NCBI GenBank assembly: GCA_964291315.2
Contig: OZ219753.1
Location: forward strand, 2,880,001-2,944,000
Source of the DNA: Candidatus Poribacteria bacterium
Lineage (GTDB): Bacteria; Poribacteria; WGA-4E; WGA-3G
Reading direction: 5' to 3'
DNA: 64,000 nt
Position 1 is the first letter of the stretch. Every line of letters starts with the position of its first letter. Of this stretch, positions 51,349-60,997 are shown one piece after another. Under the pieces are notes generated by a model. The model made no database searches, was not told where the DNA came from, and saw only the letters and a program-made list of their open reading frames with translations. The position numbers and the translations under genes were made by a program.

Positions 51349-52086
51349 ATGCTAATGAAATTGGCTAAATTGTTTGTGCTGATTGCATTGTTTGGTGCTG
51401 TCAGTTTTTGCTTTACAACAGGCATCGCTGCAGCAGTAGACGAATGGATATTTGTTGAGTTAGAAGAAAAGTCAAACACAAAATTGGTTGATCATGAGTG
51501 GTGGACGAAGGCTAAGGGTGACAGTACCCTCTCTCGGCTGCCTATCGGTGAAACGGCAGATTTTGAGGGGCCTGATGGGAAAGTCAAATTCCGGATTATA
51601 GATGGTGCGATCGTGGTTTTCGGTACCAATGCTGCGGAATGGCCCAAGGCAGTCGAAGGCGTAGTTGTTGAAGGCAAAGCACAATTCATCTATTTTCTTC
51701 ACGCAACCGGATGGGAACAGGACGGCGTTCCGAGCTATCTGTTCGTGATGAACTACCGAGATGGGAAAAAGGAAGAACTTGAGATGATTTCGGGCTTCAA
51801 CTCTGATGATTGGTGCCACGATGATACACCGCTCCAAGACGATAACTCTGTCTGGGGATGGGTGATGAAAGAGGGTCCCCCTTGTGGACATGCAGGATTG
51901 ATTACGACGAAATGGGAAAACCCGCGCCCGGATATCTGGATCGATACCATAGATGTCGTTTCCCTGGAATTGGGGCCAGTCCCTGTCATCCCAGCTATTA
52001 CGCTGGGCGAAGCGACCCTTGATGTAGAACCGACGAGGAAATTGTCGGTTACTTGGGGGAGTTTGAAGGATGCACGTGGATTTTAA
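51349..52086 (+). CDS. Secreted protein with a Poribacteria-type C-terminal motif
   Basis: Signal peptide, beta-rich body (IYFLHA, WENPRP) and C-terminal VEPTRKLSVTWGSLK. Confidence 0.8.
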   Translation: MLMKLAKLFVLIALFGAVSFCFTTGIAAAVDEWIFVELEEKSNTKLVDHEWWTKAKGDSTLSRLPIGETADFEGPDGKVKFRIIDGAIVVFGTNAAEWPKAVEGVVVEGKAQFIYFLHATGWEQDGVPSYLFVMNYRDGKKEELEMISGFNSDDWCHDDTPLQDDNSVWGWVMKEGPPCGHAGLITTKWENPRPDIWIDTIDVVSLELGPVPVIPAITLGEATLDVEPTRKLSVTWGSLKDARGF

Positions 52087-52119
52087 GGGCAGGTGTTTGG
52101 TGATTGATTTACTAAAAAA

Positions 52120-52148
52120 TTGACTTTGTGTATTGGACATGCTATAAT
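52120..52148 (+). promoter_or_regulatory. sigma70 promoter upstream of groEL
   Basis: TTGACT-N17-TATAAT. Confidence 0.65.
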
Positions 52149-52342
52149 TATAACAGCGATTTTTAAGTGCAATATCTTGCTTTATAACTTGAGCTTGATA
52201 AATATTTGGTTCATCTTTGGGCAAAGAGAGCTCTTGCGCAGACTAACGGTCTATGCTATAAACAGAGGTTATCCAATCTTTTTAAGCTTAAGTTATTTTA
52301 TATTTAACATTACAACATTAAAACAGATATAGGAGGAATTCG

Positions 52343-53980
52343 ATGCCAGCAAAGCAAATTATTTTCGATGAAGAAGCGAGGGCGGCGCTCAAACGCGGTG
52401 CAGACACCCTCGCTGGTGCGGTGAAGGTAACTCTTGGCCCTCGCGGAAGAAATGTCGTGATTCAAAAATCTTTCGGTGCCCCGCTGGTAACTTGTGATGG
52501 TGTTACCGTCGCAAAAGAAATTGAACTCTCGGACCCATACGAAAATATGGGTGCTCAACTGCTTGAATCCATCGCAACGAAAACAAACGATGTGGCTGGA
52601 GATGGAACGACAACTGCAACCGTGTTGGGTCAGGAAATTCTTCATGAGGGGCTCAAGAATGTCACAGCCGGTGCTGATCCGATGCAGCTAAAAATCGGTA
52701 TAGACAAAGCTGTAACAGCTGCAGTTGACGCAATTGCTTCCCAGAGTCGTGCTGTTAGCACCCACGACGAAATCCTACAGGTCGCTTCAATAGCTGCAAA
52801 CGATCCTGCAAACGACAGCGACATTGGGACTATCGTTGCTGAAGCGATTGAAAAGGTTGGAAAAGATGGGGCGATTACTATTGAAGAGGGCAGAACTTCA
52901 GAAACTACAGTTGATATTGTGGAAGGAATGCAGTTTGACCGCGGTTTCCTGTCGCCAAACTTCGTAACGGATGTCCAGGAACAGGTTGTTGAATTTGAGA
53001 ATCCATATATTCTCATTAACACCGAGAAGATTAGTTCCGTCACGAACCTACTGCCGATTATGGAAAAGGCGATGCAGCTGGGTAGGCCTCTTTTCATTAT
53101 TGCCGAAGATGTTGAAGGAGAAGCACTCTCTACATTGGTAGTGAACAAACTTCGCGGAACGCTTCAGGTAGCTGCAGTGAAAGCCCCTGGCTTTGGGGAT
53201 CGACGGAAAGAGATCTTGGAGGACATCGCGATCCTTACAGATGGACAGGTCATATCCGAGGAAGCCGGCATCCGCTTGGAAAACATCGTTGTAGGTATGC
53301 TGGGTACAGCACGGCGTGTGGTCGTAGACAAGGACAACACCACGATTGTCGGCGGTAGTGGTGCCAAAGAGAATGTTGAGGGACGGGTAGCCCAGATTCG
53401 TAGACAAATAGAAGAGACAACTTCCGAATACGATCGCGAGAAGTTAGAAGAACGTCTCGCTAAGCTTGCTGGCGGTGTTGCTGTTGTTAATGTAGGAGCT
53501 GCTACGGAAGTGGAGATGAAAGAGAAAAAGGCGAGATTTGAAGACGCTCTGGCTGCAACGCGCGCCGCTATTGAGGAAGGGATCGTTCCGGGTGGCGGTA
53601 CGGCGCTTCTGCGAGCATCTGCAGCTCTCGGTTCCCTAGAATTAGAGGATGATCAAAATATCGGACTCAATATTATCCGGAGGAGTCTCCTCTCACCTGT
53701 GCGTGCGATTGCAGAGAATGCGGGATGGGAAGGGGCAGTGGTTCTCGCCAAGGTCCAAGAAGGCGAAGGTAGTTACGGCTTTGATGCATCAACATCTGAA
53801 TATGCAGACATGCTTGAATCAGGAATAGTAGATCCAACAAAAGTGGTCCGGTCGGCGCTACAGAACGCCTCTAGTATTGCCGGTTTGCTTCTGACTACCG
53901 AGACGCTCGTCACAGAGGTCGAGGAGCCGCCGGTTCCTGCTTCTGCTGCAGCTGATCCGCATGCGGGACACTTCCATTAG
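52343..53980 (+). CDS. groEL: Chaperonin GroEL
   Basis: [36 protein letters not shown] and GIVPGGG. Confidence 0.98.
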   Translation: MPAKQIIFDEEARAALKRGADTLAGAVKVTLGPRGRNVVIQKSFGAPLVTCDGVTVAKEIELSDPYENMGAQLLESIATKTNDVAGDGTTTATVLGQEILHEGLKNVTAGADPMQLKIGIDKAVTAAVDAIASQSRAVSTHDEILQVASIAANDPANDSDIGTIVAEAIEKVGKDGAITIEEGRTSETTVDIVEGMQFDRGFLSPNFVTDVQEQVVEFENPYILINTEKISSVTNLLPIMEKAMQLGRPLFIIAEDVEGEALSTLVVNKLRGTLQVAAVKAPGFGDRRKEILEDIAILTDGQVISEEAGIRLENIVVGMLGTARRVVVDKDNTTIVGGSGAKENVEGRVAQIRRQIEETTSEYDREKLEERLAKLAGGVAVVNVGAATEVEMKEKKARFEDALAATRAAIEEGIVPGGGTALLRASAALGSLELEDDQNIGLNIIRRSLLSPVRAIAENAGWEGAVVLAKVQEGEGSYGFDASTSEYADMLESGIVDPTKVVRSALQNASSIAGLLLTTETLVTEVEEPPVPASAAADPHAGHFH

Positions 53981-54005
53981 AGCTATTCATCGATAGGTGT
54001 GCTTC

Positions 54006-54551
54006 TCAGGTGCACCTATCACTTTCCACGCTTTGTATCTGATAGCGCGGTTCCATCCCGCTGTCCCAATCACAATCGAGGCAGAACATTACCTTCGGGC
54101 TCAGATACTGAATGTTTTTTCCGTTGCACTCCGGACACACCTTTATCGGTTTTTCTACATTGCTATCATCTTCTTCAAAAATATTCAGATAATACACTTT
54201 CAACTGGCCGCGATAACGGTGCCCCATTGGGCAACGAACAGACTGAGAGCTAGCCTTCTCAAAACGTTCAATTGTCTCGCGAAGAAAGGTTAGACGGTGG
54301 TGGCAAATTGGACACGGATTCGGGATCAGCTCTTTTAGAATGAGCAAATCCGTATTCGCTTGTCCGACAGAGATTGGTAAGGCAAAGTGATGTGACATTT
54401 GCAAATGCGATACCCTTGGAGAACCGAGTTTTTCAGAAAGTTCTAAAATAACTTGGGCGTAGCTATCGGAACTTAGCACAATCTTTGCCGGTACCATCGT
54501 TCCACCTTTTAAACTGGAAAGAAGTCGATAAATACGTTTTAAAATGAGCAT
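54006..54551 (-). CDS. Hypothetical multi-zinc-ribbon protein
   Basis: CPIC, CPMGH, CPEC and CLDC. Confidence 0.6.
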   Translation of the reverse strand: MLILKRIYRLLSSLKGGTMVPAKIVLSSDSYAQVILELSEKLGSPRVSHLQMSHHFALPISVGQANTDLLILKELIPNPCPICHHRLTFLRETIERFEKASSQSVRCPMGHRYRGQLKVYYLNIFEEDDSNVEKPIKVCPECNGKNIQYLSPKVMFCLDCDWDSGMEPRYQIQSVESDRCT

Positions 54552-54577
54552 CGTCCACTATGCCTTTCTACGTAAAG

Positions 54578-55000
54578 TTAGACCCGCTTCTCCTCGCCTA
54601 TGGGGTCAGATGCAAGCGTTTGCCTCCCGCTTCCGGAGAGGGAGGATACCCCGCGTTGCGAACGGTATGCGTCTGTCGATTGCTTACGAAGCAAAATCAG
54701 GTCATTTCCGTCCCGCTCAATAACATCGTTTTTCACCAATGTTGTTTCGTACTTCCGCATACTTGACATGAACGTGATAGTGATTCGCGCTGTTGCTTCT
54801 AACTGTATTTTCCAACCTGTTGCCGTTTTTATCCGAGTAAACCGTTCACTAATATCGAGCGAGTGCATTTGCACAGCGTTGATGATAACGCCGCTCTCTG
54901 CTTGTGTCGAATTCTGGACCTCAACTGCACTTTCGTCCATAGTTTTCACTGCTATGTTTTGCTCCTTGTCTATAGAATTGAATTGAACATATTTTATCAT
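54578..55000 (-). CDS. Hypothetical protein
   Basis: 140-aa ORF co-oriented with the zinc-ribbon gene; true start may be MDESA. Confidence 0.5.
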   Translation of the reverse strand: MIKYVQFNSIDKEQNIAVKTMDESAVEVQNSTQAESGVIINAVQMHSLDISERFTRIKTATGWKIQLEATARITITFMSSMRKYETTLVKNDVIERDGNDLILLRKQSTDAYRSQRGVSSLSGSGRQTLASDPIGEEKRV

Positions 55001-55974
55001 AGCAGCTGCAGGCTGTCAAGATGACTTACGGGACCACAAATAAAAACTATTGACATTTCTCAGAGTAATGTTTACCGTACGAACAGTATTTTCTGAGAAG
55101 GTGCTGTCTCGTGAAAATGTGATCTTTTTACAAAAAGGGCTTGATTTTTAGGATACGAGATAGCGTTCTAAGCGTTAAATAAATTTCTTAGGAGGTCGTC
55201 TCGTACAAGCACACGTTATCAGATATGCGAAGACAATTTCTTATTGCTATAAGTGGTGGTCAAAGCGGCAGGAGCGTGCTATCCGATGCCGAAATAGAGC
55301 GGCAATCACTTTGAAGGGGACAGATGTGATCCTCCCGCTGAACATCATTTGCAGATTAACAGTTTTTTTGCCTGAATTGCGGATGACACGAATAACGCAG
55401 ATGATACGGAGTTTAAGAAGGCCTATCCGTACATCCGCATCAATACTTGATTCATGTGTTCCTTGCATTTTAGCGTGAAAAAGCAATATAATATAGGTAG
55501 GTGGGATGGAAGCTAAGTGATTACAGATATTAGGGTGAAAAATTGCAAATTGTGGAAATATAGTCGTGAAGTTAAATGCTAATACGAAAATGACAGGAAA
55601 CGAGCGATTCAAGATTGACTACGAGGATAAGCTGACCGAGAAGATCCTCGAATTTGAAGATTGGTTCTGGCAAAAATTGGTAAAAAGAATAGGATAAGAA
55701 AGAGTGGAAGAAAGGGGCATCAAGGTAGCTGTGACACCGTTGGTGAAGAATGGTGCCGGTTCTGAAATGTTTTGATCTATCTCTAAAAGATTTTGAGAAA
55801 AAGACTAGAAAACTTGTTGCCGTAGCTCTTGGCCACTAACACGATGTTGGATAAGAAACCCTAATCCTAAAAGTGGAAAATACTGGTTGGGAAAAATTTA
55901 GAACAGCACCTGCAAGTCATGGCAGCTGTGTTGCTTCCATCTGTGATGACAAAAGTTAGTGTTTGTGAAGGAAT

Positions 55975-56826
55975 ATGCGTCGTAATTACCACCTCCTTAT
56001 TCTTCTCTTTCCTGTCGTCTTTTGGCTTTTCTGTTTTTTTCTGGTTCCGCTCGTTTCAGTGCTCATTTACAGTTTCATAGAGCGCGGGACGTACGGTGGC
56101 GTGCGATGGATTTTTACCCTCGAAAACTACCAACGCCTGTTTGATGGACTGTATCTCGGTATCCTCTGGCGTTCAGTGTCGACAGCACTCGTCTGTACTG
56201 CAATTTGTCTGGTGCTGGGTTATCCATTTGCTTACTACTTGGCCTGCTATAAACCGAAACTTCGAAGTCTTTTATTATTCCTCGTTGTTGTTCCGTTCTG
56301 GACGAACTTCCTCATCCGCACGTACGCATGGATACTCATCCTACGCACAGAAGGGCTTCTGAATAGTCTTTTGGGGGTTGTGTTCCCTAATTGGGTCCCG
56401 TTGGAGCTACTGAATACCCCCTTGGCCGTACAGATAGGACTCGTCTATGGCTATCTTCCGTTCATGATACTCCCGTTGTATGCGGCCCTAGAGCAATTAG
56501 ATATGTCCTTGTTAGAAGCGGCGCAAGATCTAGGGGCATCACCACGCCATGCTTTTTGGCACGTAACCGTTCCGCTCAGCCTCCCCGGTATTCTAGCAGG
56601 ATCGATGCTGGTTTTTATTCCGACAGTAGGCGCGTTCCTGACCCCGGATTTACTCGGTGGTGGCAAAGTCAGTTATATCGGTAACGTAATCGAGCGCCAG
56701 TTCAAAACAGCCCGAGATTGGCCCTTCGGTTCTGCCCTTTCATTTATGTTGATGGGTATCGTGTTGGGTGGCACCGTGCTTTACTTCCGCGCTTTGCAGG
56801 GCAGTGAGGAATCGCGTGCGTCATAG
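55975..56826 (+). CDS. potB: Spermidine/putrescine ABC permease
   Basis: PFWTNFLIRTYAW, YLPFMILPLY, LLEAAQDLGA and DWPFGSA. Confidence 0.9.
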   Translation: MRRNYHLLILLFPVVFWLFCFFLVPLVSVLIYSFIERGTYGGVRWIFTLENYQRLFDGLYLGILWRSVSTALVCTAICLVLGYPFAYYLACYKPKLRSLLLFLVVVPFWTNFLIRTYAWILILRTEGLLNSLLGVVFPNWVPLELLNTPLAVQIGLVYGYLPFMILPLYAALEQLDMSLLEAAQDLGASPRHAFWHVTVPLSLPGILAGSMLVFIPTVGAFLTPDLLGGGKVSYIGNVIERQFKTARDWPFGSALSFMLMGIVLGGTVLYFRALQGSEESRAS

Positions 56827-56868
56827 AATAAGGTGCGGTCCGGAAGTTGCTCCTATAGAGAAATTGCT

Positions 56869-57657
56869 ATGAAACGGATTCTCGAAGCTAACATAAGTAT
56901 AGTGTATCTGTTCCTTTACGTTCCGATTGTGGCAATCGTTGTGTTTTCGTTCAACAGCGGCACACAGATTTCTGTCTGGCGTGGTTTTACATTGGGTTGG
57001 TATGCGAAACTATTTGAAAACGCAGCGTTATGGCGTGCCTGTCGGAACAGTCTAATTGTAGCGGGCATCGCGACAGGCATCGCGACAGGCATCGGAACAA
57101 CAACCGCCCTTGCTATAGAACGCCACCGTTTTCGTTTTCGAACCGCTCTCATACGCTGCCTCTACCTGCCTATCATCATTCCTGACATCGTCTTAGCAAT
57201 TGCGTTATTGACCTTTTACGTGCAAGTCCGTGTCCCGCTCGGTTTAATTACGGTGATTATCGCCCACGGTGTTTTCAATATCGCGTACGTTACCATCGTC
57301 GTCCGCGCACGCTTACAAGGCTATGACCAGACACTAGAGGAGGCGGCACATGATCTTGGTGCAAACGAGTGGCAGACGTTTTGGCGGATAACCCTTCCTC
57401 TCATCGCTCCCGGAATTATTGGCGGTGCGTTGCTTGCCTTCACGCTCTCTATTGATGACTTTGTTATCACTTTTTTCACCGCTGGCGTTGGTTACACAAC
57501 GTTATCTGTCTATATCTATTCGTTGCTCAAGTTCGGTATCACTCCTGAGATTAATGGCATTTCAACAATGCTGTTGGCACACTCTATTATGCTTATCATG
57601 CTTTTTTTGTGGTTTCAAGGACATACTGCTGCCAACAGTCAGAACACCCGATCATGA
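56869..57657 (+). CDS. potC: Spermidine/putrescine ABC permease
   Basis: FSFN...GFTLGWY, LEEAAHDLGA, FTLSIDDFVI and TPEING. Confidence 0.9.
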   Translation: MKRILEANISIVYLFLYVPIVAIVVFSFNSGTQISVWRGFTLGWYAKLFENAALWRACRNSLIVAGIATGIATGIGTTTALAIERHRFRFRTALIRCLYLPIIIPDIVLAIALLTFYVQVRVPLGLITVIIAHGVFNIAYVTIVVRARLQGYDQTLEEAAHDLGANEWQTFWRITLPLIAPGIIGGALLAFTLSIDDFVITFFTAGVGYTTLSVYIYSLLKFGITPEINGISTMLLAHSIMLIMLFLWFQGHTAANSQNTRS

Positions 57658-57751
57658 AAACCGGTAGACTTATCTGTATGACCTACGAAATAATTAGGAA
57701 ATTTACGGAAGCTATGATATAATTGCTCCGTCTATACAACAGATCTAAAAG

Positions 57752-58834
57752 ATGATGCACTATTTCCGAACACACACAGAAATCAATCTGGGGGCAATTC
57801 GGCGGAACGCGGAAGCGCTAAAGGCGTATACCGGCAAACAACTTATCGCTGTTATAAAAGCGGATGCTTACGGACACGGGATGGTTCCCGTCGCGGAAAC
57901 ATTGTCTGCCGTTGCTGATATGTTTGCAGTCTCAACGACGGAAGAAGGGGTTGCACTTCGTCAGTCGGGTATCTCCAAACCTATTCTTATCCTGTTTAGC
58001 TCGTTCCCGGAAGAAATAGCGCGAATAGTTGAACATCAGTTGACACCAACAGTAGCTGATTGGGAATTCGCGAGTAGATTAAATAGGGCAGCACTGAGAA
58101 CTATAAATGTTCATGTTAATATCAACACTGGCATGAACCGGAGCGGTGTTCTCTGGACAGAGGCGGCGCAATTTCTGAGCAGACTCAAAACACTAGAACG
58201 GCTTGAAATTGAAGGACTGTTTACACACATGGCAACTGCGGGCGAAGCCGATAAAAGTTTTGTTTTCGTGCAGCTAAAACGTTTTTCAGCGATGTCTTCA
58301 AGCAGCAGAAAAATGTGTCATGTGGCCAACAGTGCCGCGGCCCTTGCAGTTTCGGCGTCGTATTTCGATGCGATCCGTCCAGGTTTGAGTTTATACGGCA
58401 TTTATCCTGCATCCGAAAAACCAATTGTGTTGGAACCCGCGCTTACATGGAAGACACGGATTGGATGGATAGGCACTGTTTCGCAAACAGAAGGCATAAG
58501 CTATGGTTTGACGTACAGAGCCTCGCGTCAGACCCGGGTCGCAATGGTAGAGGTAGGGTACGCGGATGGCTTTCCACGTGCGCTCTCTGTGAGCGGTCAG
58601 GTTTTAATCGATGGCCTCCGGTGCCCTATCGCCGGACGAGTCTGTATGGATGTAAGTGTGGTGGAACTCAGTGATGCGGCCGACGTATCTGTGGGTGATG
58701 AAGTGATCCTCATCGGCAAACACGGGAATGCAGAAATCACAGTTGATGAGTTTGCTCACCGTGCAGGAACGATTTCTTATGAGATACTGACACAGATAGG
58801 GCCGCGCGTGAAACGAGTTTTTAAAACATGTTAA
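57752..58834 (+). CDS. alr: Alanine racemase
   Basis: AVIKADAYGHG (PLP lysine), TGMNR, RPGLSLYG, GYADG, GRVCMD and TISYE. Confidence 0.96.
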   Translation: MMHYFRTHTEINLGAIRRNAEALKAYTGKQLIAVIKADAYGHGMVPVAETLSAVADMFAVSTTEEGVALRQSGISKPILILFSSFPEEIARIVEHQLTPTVADWEFASRLNRAALRTINVHVNINTGMNRSGVLWTEAAQFLSRLKTLERLEIEGLFTHMATAGEADKSFVFVQLKRFSAMSSSSRKMCHVANSAAALAVSASYFDAIRPGLSLYGIYPASEKPIVLEPALTWKTRIGWIGTVSQTEGISYGLTYRASRQTRVAMVEVGYADGFPRALSVSGQVLIDGLRCPIAGRVCMDVSVVELSDAADVSVGDEVILIGKHGNAEITVDEFAHRAGTISYEILTQIGPRVKRVFKTC

Positions 58835-59763
58835 TCGCCCTGAAAAATATATCACTCTTTTTTGGTACAACGGCTGCGTTAGACAATCTCTCGTTAGAAG
58901 TGCAAGGCGGAGCTGTGGGTCTGCTCGGGCCGAACGGGGCTGGGAAAAGCACCTTGATTAAAGTACTACTCGGTTTCCTCAAGCCGAATCGGGGCACGGC
59001 AGAAGTATTTGGAATGGACATAGAGAAGCGTCCCTTGGAAATACGCAAGCAGATCGGATATATGCCAGAAGACGAATGCTTAATTCCGGGCATGACTGCT
59101 GTCCAGTTCGTCTCTTATGCAGGTGAACTCTGTGGAATGCCGAGACGTGACGCACTACAACGGGCACACGAAGTGCTTTATTACGTTGGGTTAGACGAGG
59201 AACGTTACCGAACGGTGGATGAATACTCAGCTGGAATGAAGCAACGTGTGAAATTAGCACAGACGTTGATACACGATCCAAAATTGCTGCTGCTTGACGA
59301 ACCGACGAACGGGATGGATACCACGGGTAGAGAGGAGATGCTAGAACTCGTTAAAGACATCGCTACAAACAAAGGCATCAATGTGGTTTTGTCCTCACAT
59401 CTGCTACCTGATGTAGAGTTCGCATGTGAGGAGATTATCACGCTTTCACACGGGAGCCTTGTTGCTCAAGGGCAGATAGACACACTTAAAAAGAACAAAG
59501 GGCACGCTTACGATTTGAAGATCATTGGGGACGTTGATACGTATATTGCTTCGCTAAAACGTCATAATTGCGGGATTGAAATGCTCCCGGGCAAACGTCT
59601 CCGGGTTACAGCCCAAAACGGTGAAAAGAGAGATACAAGATTTTTCTTTAAACTCGCTTATGAGACGGGGGTACAACTCCGCCAGCTGCGTGAGGTGAAG
59701 CATTCGTTGGAAGATATTTTCGCTGAGGTGATGAGTGTGGATTCACAACTCTTTAACGATTAA
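58828..59763 (+). CDS. ABC-2-type transporter ATP-binding protein
   Basis: GPNGAGKS, YSAGMKQR, LLLDEPT and SSH. Confidence 0.92.
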   Translation: MLIALKNISLFFGTTAALDNLSLEVQGGAVGLLGPNGAGKSTLIKVLLGFLKPNRGTAEVFGMDIEKRPLEIRKQIGYMPEDECLIPGMTAVQFVSYAGELCGMPRRDALQRAHEVLYYVGLDEERYRTVDEYSAGMKQRVKLAQTLIHDPKLLLLDEPTNGMDTTGREEMLELVKDIATNKGINVVLSSHLLPDVEFACEEIITLSHGSLVAQGQIDTLKKNKGHAYDLKIIGDVDTYIASLKRHNCGIEMLPGKRLRVTAQNGEKRDTRFFFKLAYETGVQLRQLREVKHSLEDIFAEVMSVDSQLFND

Positions 59764-59830
59764 ATCTCACACGACATGCCGTTCCCCGCGGATGTTTTTT
59801 AAAGTGTAGCCAGAGGGATTTATTGAAGTT

Positions 59831-60976
59831 TTGAGCGCCCGAAATTTTACGTCTCTCTTAATGCCTTGGTTTTTAGCGGCAGCTATAACCGCTGCCAGCG
59901 AGGCAAACGAGATGCTCCGCATCGCTAGTATGGGGGGGACTCGTATTGCAACATCTGCTGAGGATGCAGGTATATTCGGAAATCCTGCATCGCTTGCGTC
60001 TGTTAAACACCATAACTTTGCCATTGGCATTGCTTTTGAAGGCCTCGGCTGGACAGAACTGCCCAAACAGGGTAGAGATCAATTCGCTGCTGAAGTTAAT
60101 ACAGTTTTATATCCGTCAGTCTATTATTCACATGCGTTTGGAGGGTGGGGAATCAGCGCCGGATACACGACTCGATTAACTAGCCTTGCAAATTTCACTA
60201 TCTCTGCGACCCGTGCTGACTACAACATTAACGCCCGTCTATTTTCTGCCAAAACCGACCTTATTACAGATTATTCGATGTTCCGTGAAGATAATTGGGT
60301 GCTCGGACTCAGTCGCAAGGTCGCCGGATCTATAGCCGGTGCCCGATTAAAATGGGTCGTCCAAGATGTAAAGACCGGGACAGTTGTTTCTACCCTGAAC
60401 CTTGCGGCACGGCATGGGCCTGATGTGGATGTGCATGCGCCGGAGCAACTGATTGAGGCAATTACGGAAGAATTGCAGTTCGGTGATCGGGTTCGGGATG
60501 TTGTCCATGAACATCAACCGACATTTGATAGGACAGTCAACCGATTGGAATTAGATATCGGTTGGCAACATGAGGTGTGGTTCGATGCACACAGCGTACA
60601 CCCGCCGCTACATGTAGGCATTCTCTTTGAAAATCTACTGCGGGCAGATTTAATAAAAAATGTGCCGTTCCGATTTGGTATGGGGTTCGCTTATGAACCT
60701 CTGAAATGGATTGCAGTGGGAGCGGATCTCTGGCCGGATGTCGGACAGAGCGGGCCCAGTTTCGCTATTGGTACCGAATTACACAAAACTTGGGACGGTG
60801 GAACGCCAACAACAGGTGCGCTCCGCATTGGTGTGGGACGTGCGAATTCGGCACTGCATTTTTCAGCTGGCGCGGGGTTAAGGCTTGGCACTACCTATTT
60901 GGAATACACAGTAGAATTCGGAAATTTCACTTTTGAATCAAACCGACATCTAATTGCGTTCACCCTACGATCCTAA
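59831..60976 (+). CDS. Putative outer-membrane beta-barrel protein (PorV/FadL/TraF-like)
   Basis: Signal peptide, ASMGG...A..GNPA N-terminal motif and alternating beta strands. Confidence 0.6.
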   Translation: MSARNFTSLLMPWFLAAAITAASEANEMLRIASMGGTRIATSAEDAGIFGNPASLASVKHHNFAIGIAFEGLGWTELPKQGRDQFAAEVNTVLYPSVYYSHAFGGWGISAGYTTRLTSLANFTISATRADYNINARLFSAKTDLITDYSMFREDNWVLGLSRKVAGSIAGARLKWVVQDVKTGTVVSTLNLAARHGPDVDVHAPEQLIEAITEELQFGDRVRDVVHEHQPTFDRTVNRLELDIGWQHEVWFDAHSVHPPLHVGILFENLLRADLIKNVPFRFGMGFAYEPLKWIAVGADLWPDVGQSGPSFAIGTELHKTWDGGTPTTGALRIGVGRANSALHFSAGAGLRLGTTYLEYTVEFGNFTFESNRHLIAFTLRS

Positions 60977-60997
60977 CTCACGGAGGTAATCTCTGGT

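Larger units (their letters stand above)
48963..51439 (+). repeat. Tandem duplication of about 1.24 kb (48963-50202 and 50203-51439)
   Basis: Near-identical coding and downstream intergenic DNA. Each unit ends in the ATGAAAYTGGCTAAATTG signal-peptide sequence. Confidence 0.85.

Noticed and set aside
48047-52224. Long opposite-strand ORFs (e.g. 48047-48757, 51472-52224; also 24230-24865)
   Set aside because: Antisense shadows of well-supported genes, with no RBS or motif support.
57061-57093. GGCATCGCGACA tandem repeat in potC
   Set aside because: An in-frame 12-bp repeat (GIAT) within a TM helix that does not alter the frame; not convincing as a contingency locus.
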